A program made the position numbers and the translations under genes. Under the pieces are notes generated by a model. The model had not been told where the DNA came from. It did no database searches and saw nothing but the letters and a program-made list of their open reading frames with translations. Below, one piece after another: positions 33,111 to 38,691 of a DNA stretch of 38,691 bases. Location: IMG/VR virus record IMGVR_UViG_3300029305_002455. One strand, written 5' to 3'. The stretch comes from a virus. Numbering within the stretch: the stretch's first letter is position 1; each line of letters opens with the position of its first letter.

Positions 33111-33151
33111 CACAAAATTCCCTAAAAAAGAAATTGGAAAGGAGAATGATA

Positions 33152-33595
33152 ATGGGAAGAACTGCAAAATCAGTATCAGTAACAAGTAAACACTTAACCA
33201 AAGATGAAATATCAGAAAGAGAAAAGACAGAAGAAGTCTTAAAAGGAAGTGGAGATAAATTAATTGCTCCAGATTATTTAACAGAGGAACAGGTAGAACT
33301 GTTCTATTTTATTATAGATGAACTTAAAGAAAGTAATATACTAGGCAACCTAGATGTATTTGTTTTAAGTCAAGCATCAATATGTATAGATAGATTAAAT
33401 AAACTGGAAGAATTGATTAATGAAGATGAAAGTTACTTGATGAATAATAGTTTTATGTCTTGTAAAAGACAATATAGTGCAGATTTCTTTAAATGTTGTC
33501 AAGAGTTATGCTTAAGTCCCCAAAGCAGAGCAAAGATAAGTCTTGCAAATATGAATAAGAAAGAAGATGATCCATTATCTTTTATAAATGATTAA
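33152..33595 (+). CDS. terS: Terminase small subunit (P27 family-like)
   Basis: 147 aa from ATG 33152 (SD AAAGGAG 7 nt upstream); MGRTAKSVSV...LIAPDYLTEEQVELFYFIIDEL... Confidence 0.7.
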   Translation: MGRTAKSVSVTSKHLTKDEISEREKTEEVLKGSGDKLIAPDYLTEEQVELFYFIIDELKESNILGNLDVFVLSQASICIDRLNKLEELINEDESYLMNNSFMSCKRQYSADFFKCCQELCLSPQSRAKISLANMNKKEDDPLSFIND

Positions 33596-35273
33596 GCAAC
33601 ATCCAAGTTATGAATATGTAGTACAGGCAGTAAAAGGGGAGAAGCCAGTACCTAAATATGTTAAGAAGCAATGTAAAGAAATAAAAAAAATATGTGATGG
33701 AAAATCTGAAAAGTATGTAATAGATACTGCCAGATTAGAAAAGATAGATAAGTTATTAAAAATATTAAAGATGCCTAAAGGATTAAAAGTAAATCAAACT
33801 ATTTATGAAAGTCTTGCAGGTTTTCAATGGTTATTGATAGTAGCAACTCTATGTGTGGTCCATAAATCAGATATGAATAAAAGAAGATATGAAACAGTAT
33901 TGTTAGAAATATGCAGAAAGAATGGTAAGACATTTATTATTGGATTAATATTTGTTTTGCTATTTTTTTTAGAACCGAAATTTAGTAAGTTCTATTCAGT
34001 TGCTCCAGATGGTTCTTTATCAAGGGAGATAAAAGGAGCAATAGAAGAAATAATAAAATTTAATCCAGCAGTATTGCCATTAGAAGGACCATATAAGAAA
34101 TTTAATATAAGAAGGGATGATATATTTTGTTATGCAACTGATAGTGATTATGTTCCACTATCATATAGTACAAGTAGGCTAGATGGTAAGTTGCCATCAG
34201 TATTCTGTGCAGATGAAGTTGGTGCATTGCCTACCAGTTACCCAATAGAAGCAATGAGGTCTGGACAATTAACTATTTTAAATAAGTTAGGTTGTATCAT
34301 CAGCACAAAGTACCCAACATTTGATAATCCATTAGAAGATGAAGTATTGTATGCAAAAAAGATACTGGATGGAAAGATAGAAGATGAAAAAGTATTTGCA
34401 TTATTATATGAGCCAGATGATACAAAGAACTGGACCACAAATGATGAAATATTAAAGCAAGGTAATCCATTAGCAGTAGAAGTTGAAGAAATATGGAATG
34501 ACTTGATAGATAAAAGAACAAGAGCAATAGAAGTTGAAAGTGCAAGAGAAAATTTCTTGTGTAAGCATTGCAATATTATTTATCAAGGTTTAGGAACAGA
34601 AAGTTTTGTTCCAATTAGTGCAGTTAAGGAATGTAAGAAAGAAGAAGAAATAAGTTTTGCAGGAAAACAGATATATGTAGGAGTTGACCTAGCAATGACA
34701 AATGATAACTGTGCAGTTTCTATATGCTATGAAGAAGATGGTAGAATCTATGCAGATAGTTTTGCATTTATTCCAGATGGAAGAATAGATGAAAAGAATA
34801 AATTTGAAAAGATAGATTATAGGAGATACATAAAAGATGGTAAATGTATTCCTTGTGGAGATTTAACAGTTTCCTATAAGACAATAGAAGATTTTGTGTT
34901 TAGCCTAGAAGAAAAATATGGATGTAAGATAGTAAGTTTAGGTTATGACAGATATAATGCTTTATCATCAGCACAAAAATGGGCAGAAAAGTACACAGTA
35001 GTTGAAATAAGGCAACATAGTGATACATTGCATCCACCAACAAAGTTATTGTATGAAAAGATACTGAATAAAGAGTTTTGCTATAATGAAAATCAACTTT
35101 TAGAGATTAACTTTGAAAATGCAAAGTGTACTTATGATACTAACTTGAATAAGTACATTACAAAGAAGAAATCAAGTGGAAAGGTTGATATGGTTATGTC
35201 ATTGATTAATGCAGTATATCTAATGCAACAAGACATAATATTTGAAACAGGATTTATAGCACAAACCATTTAG
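33588..35273 (+). CDS. terL: Terminase large subunit
   Basis: 561 aa; Walker-A-like ...CRKNGKTF...; nuclease-half acidic motifs; position. Confidence 0.85.
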   Translation: MIKQHPSYEYVVQAVKGEKPVPKYVKKQCKEIKKICDGKSEKYVIDTARLEKIDKLLKILKMPKGLKVNQTIYESLAGFQWLLIVATLCVVHKSDMNKRRYETVLLEICRKNGKTFIIGLIFVLLFFLEPKFSKFYSVAPDGSLSREIKGAIEEIIKFNPAVLPLEGPYKKFNIRRDDIFCYATDSDYVPLSYSTSRLDGKLPSVFCADEVGALPTSYPIEAMRSGQLTILNKLGCIISTKYPTFDNPLEDEVLYAKKILDGKIEDEKVFALLYEPDDTKNWTTNDEILKQGNPLAVEVEEIWNDLIDKRTRAIEVESARENFLCKHCNIIYQGLGTESFVPISAVKECKKEEEISFAGKQIYVGVDLAMTNDNCAVSICYEEDGRIYADSFAFIPDGRIDEKNKFEKIDYRRYIKDGKCIPCGDLTVSYKTIEDFVFSLEEKYGCKIVSLGYDRYNALSSAQKWAEKYTVVEIRQHSDTLHPPTKLLYEKILNKEFCYNENQLLEINFENAKCTYDTNLNKYITKKKSSGKVDMVMSLINAVYLMQQDIIFETGFIAQTI

Positions 35274-35288
35274 GAAGGAGGTGAAAAG

Positions 35289-36593
35289 ATGGGAATATTT
35301 AATAGAAAATCAAAAAGAGAAACTGTTATTGATACTAATAGTATATCTGACCCACTACTAAAAGCATTGATAGGAGATACTGCAATAGATAGAGCATCAG
35401 CTATGGAAATGCCAGTAGTAAGTGGATGTGTTGATTTGATATGTAATACATTTGCAATGATACCTTTTAAACTTTATAAAGAAGAAATGAAGGATGGCAA
35501 AAAAATTACAAAAGAAGTAGATGATATAAGAGTTAGCATCATAAATGATGATACTACTGATAAGTTAGATGGCTTCCAGTTCAAGAAAGCAATGTGTGAA
35601 GATTATCTAATGGGTAAAGGTGGTTATGCTTATATACATAAGATAAAAAATGATTTTAAAGGTTTATTTTATGTTAAAGATAAACATATTACGATAAATA
35701 TTAACAATGATCCTATTTTCAAAAGTTATAACATTCTGGTAAATGCAAAACCTTATAAAGATTTTCAATTTATAAAGTTATTAAGAAATACCAAAGATGG
35801 TGCTTCTGGAATAGGTTTAACTTCTGAAATATCAAGAGCATTGAAAACTGCATTTAAAAGATTATTGTATGATTATGATTTAGCAGTAACAGGTGGAAGC
35901 AGAAAAGGATTTCTTAAAACTCAAAAGAAGTTAGATGAAGCAGGAGTTAAGAAGTTAAAAGATGCTTGGGAACAATATTACAATGGAACTGCTAATACAG
36001 TTGTATTGAATGAAGGAATGGAGTTTCAAGAAGCAAGTAATACTTCAAGAGAAAATGAAATTGATGCTAAAAACAAAACTTTCATAACTGAAATGAAAGA
36101 TATATTCCATATAGGAACAAGTTATGATGATTTTATAAAAAATGCAATCATGCCGATAGCAACTGCATTTGCAACTGCTTTGAATAGAGATTTCTTACTT
36201 GAAAAAGAAAAGAAGTCTTATTATTTTGCTCCAGATACAAAAGAATTGTTTAAAGGTTCATTAAAAGAAAGATATGAAGCATATCAAATTGCTATTAAAA
36301 ATGGCTTCAAAACTAGAAATGAAATTAGATATATGGAAGATGATGATGCCATTAAAGGTTTAGATATGATTAGTTTAGGCCTTGGAGATGTACTTTTAAA
36401 TGCTGAAACAGGAGAAATTTATACACCAAATACAAATTCTTTAGTAAAAATGGGTGAAAAATCAGCCATAAACGAGCCAAATACAGAGGATTTAGAACAA
36501 AATAATACAAATACCCTAGAAAAAGAAAAAGATGCTGAAAATGGCGAAAAAAAGCCAAAGAAAGGGGGTGTTAAAGATGAAGGTAGAAGTTAG
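35289..36593 (+). CDS. Portal protein (HK97 family)
   Basis: 434 aa; position after TerL; typical size and acidic C-terminus. Confidence 0.8.
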   Translation: MGIFNRKSKRETVIDTNSISDPLLKALIGDTAIDRASAMEMPVVSGCVDLICNTFAMIPFKLYKEEMKDGKKITKEVDDIRVSIINDDTTDKLDGFQFKKAMCEDYLMGKGGYAYIHKIKNDFKGLFYVKDKHITININNDPIFKSYNILVNAKPYKDFQFIKLLRNTKDGASGIGLTSEISRALKTAFKRLLYDYDLAVTGGSRKGFLKTQKKLDEAGVKKLKDAWEQYYNGTANTVVLNEGMEFQEASNTSRENEIDAKNKTFITEMKDIFHIGTSYDDFIKNAIMPIATAFATALNRDFLLEKEKKSYYFAPDTKELFKGSLKERYEAYQIAIKNGFKTRNEIRYMEDDDAIKGLDMISLGLGDVLLNAETGEIYTPNTNSLVKMGEKSAINEPNTEDLEQNNTNTLEKEKDAENGEKKPKKGGVKDEGRS

Positions 36594-37365
36594 AGAAGAT
36601 AGTGTCTTTATAACTGGTTATGTAAATGCAATAGAAAGATATTCAAAACCAATTAGAGAAAGTCTAAGGGGGAAAATCAGAACATTTGTTGAAAGAATTA
36701 AAGCAGGAGTATTTCAAACTGCATTAAAAAGAAACGACAATGTTTTAGTTCTATTAAATCATAATCACGATAGAGTTTTGGCAAATACTAAAGATGGTTC
36801 TGCCAAACTAGAAGAAGATAATATTGGATTAAGAGCAGAAGTAACTATTACTGATAAGGAAGTAGTAGAAAAAGCAAGAAACAATCAGTTAGTTGGTTGG
36901 AGTTTTGGTTTTTATGCTAATGCTGATGAAATGGGATCTGAAGGAGAAACAGAAACAAGAACTGTTACTGATTTAGATTTATTTGAAGTATCAATATTAG
37001 ATGATACAAAAAGTCCTGCTTATTATGGTACAAGCATAGAAGCAAGAGCAGAAGGAGAAAAAGTGCTTGAATATAGAGCAACTGTTGAAGAAATAAAAGA
37101 AATAGAAGAAGATGCTATGGAAAAGCACGAAGAAGTTTATAAAATAACTGATGAACTACATAAACAAATAGAAGTAGAAAAAGAAGAAGCAAAATTAGAA
37201 TTGCTTATCGAAAAAGTTGTTAATAAAGTTCTTGAAAAATTATCTGGTACTAGGGAAGAAGAAACAACACCAGTAGAAACACTAGTTGAAGAAGAACAAG
37301 TGGATGAAGAAGAAAGGTCCACAATAGACTATTCTGAATTTGAAGAAAGAATAGCAAAATTATAG
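36577..37365 (+). CDS. Prohead protease (HK97 family, S78) with acidic coiled-coil C-terminal extension
   Basis: 262 aa from ATG 36577 (SD AAGGGGGTG); ...VLLNHNHDRVLANTKDGSAKLEEDNIGLR...; C-terminal Glu-rich helix (scaffold-like). Confidence 0.75.
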   Translation: MKVEVREDSVFITGYVNAIERYSKPIRESLRGKIRTFVERIKAGVFQTALKRNDNVLVLLNHNHDRVLANTKDGSAKLEEDNIGLRAEVTITDKEVVEKARNNQLVGWSFGFYANADEMGSEGETETRTVTDLDLFEVSILDDTKSPAYYGTSIEARAEGEKVLEYRATVEEIKEIEEDAMEKHEEVYKITDELHKQIEVEKEEAKLELLIEKVVNKVLEKLSGTREEETTPVETLVEEEQVDEEERSTIDYSEFEERIAKL

Positions 37366-37402
37366 TCTGAACATTAAAAGAAAGAAAGGAAGGAAGGAAA
37401 AA

Positions 37403-38497
37403 ATGAACTTAAAAGGTTTAGAAGAAAAAAGAAATGACCTAAAAAGTCAAATGAGTTCATTACTTAATACTGCAAAAGCAGAAGAAAGAGCAATGAATGA
37501 AACAGAAGTAGCAGAATTTGATAAATTAGAACAAGAAATCAAAAATATAGATGCTACTATTGAGAGAGAGGAGAAAGTAGAAAGTATGGAAGAAAAAGAA
37601 GTAAAAACTGAAGAAAGAGAATTAACAGTTGAAGAAAGAGATAGCAAAGAATTTGATAGTTATTTAAGAAATAGAGAAAGTAATTTAACAGTTGGAGAAA
37701 ATGGAGCAGTTATTCCAACATCTATCGTTAATAAAATTATTAAAAAAGTATATGATGTTTGTCCTATACTAGCAAGAAGCACAAAATATAATGTTAAAGG
37801 TAAAATTCAAATACCTTATTATGATGGAGAAACAAATGCTATAACAGTTGCATTCGCTACTGAATTTCAAGAATTAACTAGCAATGTTGGAAATATCAAA
37901 AACATTGAATTAGGTGGTTATTTAGCAGGTGCTTTAACATTAGTAAGTAATTCATTAATTAATAATTCACAATTTGATATTGTAAATTTTGTTATCAATG
38001 AAATGGCTAATGCTATTGCTAGATTTATTGAAGATACTTTATTAAATGGTAAAGGTGAAGTTGATGGATTAAGCAAAGTAAGTGGTAAAACTACTGCTGC
38101 AACAGGAGTTGTTACTGGTGATGAAGTTATCGGATTAAAAGATGAAGTTAAAGATGCTTACCAAGGAAATGCAATGTTTATAATGCATCCAGAAACAAGA
38201 ACTGCATTAAGATTATTAAAAGATGGAAACGAAAGATATTTACTAAATGACGATATTACAAGTCCATTTGGAACTACATTACTAGGTAAACCAGTATATG
38301 TATCAGACAATGCTCCAAAAAATAAAATTTTCTATGGAGATATGGCTTGTCTTGCAACTAAATTTTCTGAAACTGCTAACATCCAAGTATTAAGAGAAAA
38401 ATATGCTACAATGCACGCTACTGGTGTAGTTGGTTGGGTTGAATTTGACAGTAAAGTTGAAGATACTCAAGGTATTGCAGTATTAACAATAGCTTAA
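37403..38497 (+). CDS. Major capsid protein (HK97 fold) with N-terminal delta/scaffold domain
   Basis: 364 aa; coiled-coil N-terminus then ...GAVIPTSIVNKII... and ...TTLLGKPVYVSDNAP... Confidence 0.85.
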   Translation: MNLKGLEEKRNDLKSQMSSLLNTAKAEERAMNETEVAEFDKLEQEIKNIDATIEREEKVESMEEKEVKTEERELTVEERDSKEFDSYLRNRESNLTVGENGAVIPTSIVNKIIKKVYDVCPILARSTKYNVKGKIQIPYYDGETNAITVAFATEFQELTSNVGNIKNIELGGYLAGALTLVSNSLINNSQFDIVNFVINEMANAIARFIEDTLLNGKGEVDGLSKVSGKTTAATGVVTGDEVIGLKDEVKDAYQGNAMFIMHPETRTALRLLKDGNERYLLNDDITSPFGTTLLGKPVYVSDNAPKNKIFYGDMACLATKFSETANIQVLREKYATMHATGVVGWVEFDSKVEDTQGIAVLTIA

Positions 38498-38512
38498 TAG
38501 CAGGTGATATAA

Positions 38513-38674
38513 TTGTTTAAAGCATTAAAGAGTTTTAGTGGAATAATAACAATGAATAAAGGTCAAGTAAAAGAAATTAAAGATAAAAATATTATCAAAA
38601 GTTTACTTGAAGCAGGTTATATTGAACCAGTTGAAGAAAAGAAAACCACTAAAAAGAAAAAAGAAGAAGAATAA
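38513..38674 (+). CDS. Small protein after the capsid gene (53 aa, Lys/Glu-rich tail)
   Basis: TTG 38513 with SD AGGTGA 5 nt upstream (alternative ATG 38552); stop TAA 38672..38674; crosses the circular junction. Confidence 0.4.
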   Translation: MFKALKSFSGIITMNKGQVKEIKDKNIIKSLLEAGYIEPVEEKKTTKKKKEEE

Positions 38675-38691
38675 TAAAAAAATGTTCAGAC
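38565..38691. repeat. Second copy of the 127-bp terminal overlap
   Basis: Identical to 1..127. Confidence 0.9.

Larger units (their letters stand above)
1..38691. mobile_element. Complete temperate siphovirus (prophage-capable) genome, circularly permuted in this window
   Basis: Full complement of packaging, head, tail, lysis, lysogeny, recombination and replication modules; identical 127-bp ends. Confidence 0.85.

Noticed and set aside
32848-33185. Two - strand ORFs (60 and 73 aa) in the HNH-TerS intergenic region.
   Set aside because: They fall in the extreme AT tract and C-rich block of the cos-like region, have no SD, and have Ile/Leu/Phe-dominated composition. The region is better explained as a packaging site.

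Overview
The window is a complete, circularly closed genome of about 38.56 kb. Its first 127 bases are repeated exactly as its last 127 bases, which is an assembly overlap. It is a temperate, cos/HNH-type, HK97-like siphovirus from a very AT-rich host (low-GC Firmicute or Fusobacterium-like; the host cannot be named from sequence alone). Almost everything is coded on the + strand. The exceptions are a large serine integrase and a CI-like repressor on the - strand.

Gene order in the window:
- head-tail joining genes and major tail protein
- G/GT tail chaperones with a -1 frameshift
- tape measure, Dit, Tal and fibre genes
- lysis cassette (LL-H-type holin, cysteine-peptidase/CW_7/LysM endolysin)
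- attP, integrase and immunity region
- early, recombination and replication genes (Erf, PD-(D/E)XK nuclease, two SSBs, NinB-like, RuvC-like, replisome organiser with iterons, ArpU/sigma-r4-like regulator)
- a run of small ORFs
- a 550-nt ORF-free, highly structured region
- a ParB-NTD / PIG-L deacetylase / WbqC-like / DxD-protein operon
- an anti-restriction island (ArdA)
- HNH, cos, TerS, TerL, portal, prohead protease and HK97-type capsid

No tRNA, rRNA or CRISPR array was seen.

Most interesting observations:
1. The four-gene enzyme module, which may be an amino-sugar-type macromolecule or DNA modification pathway.
2. The structured non-coding island just upstream of it.
3. A strictly co-oriented, apparently over-represented word WGGGATCTR (12 copies on the + strand, 0 on the - strand).
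4. A composite palindromic operator that occurs once (degenerate) in the immunity region and four more times across the early region.
5. Two paralogous 'small beta protein + receptor-binding-like protein' cassettes, one splitting Dit/Tal and one splitting holin/endolysin.

All functional calls rest on motif recognition by eye. No searches were run.
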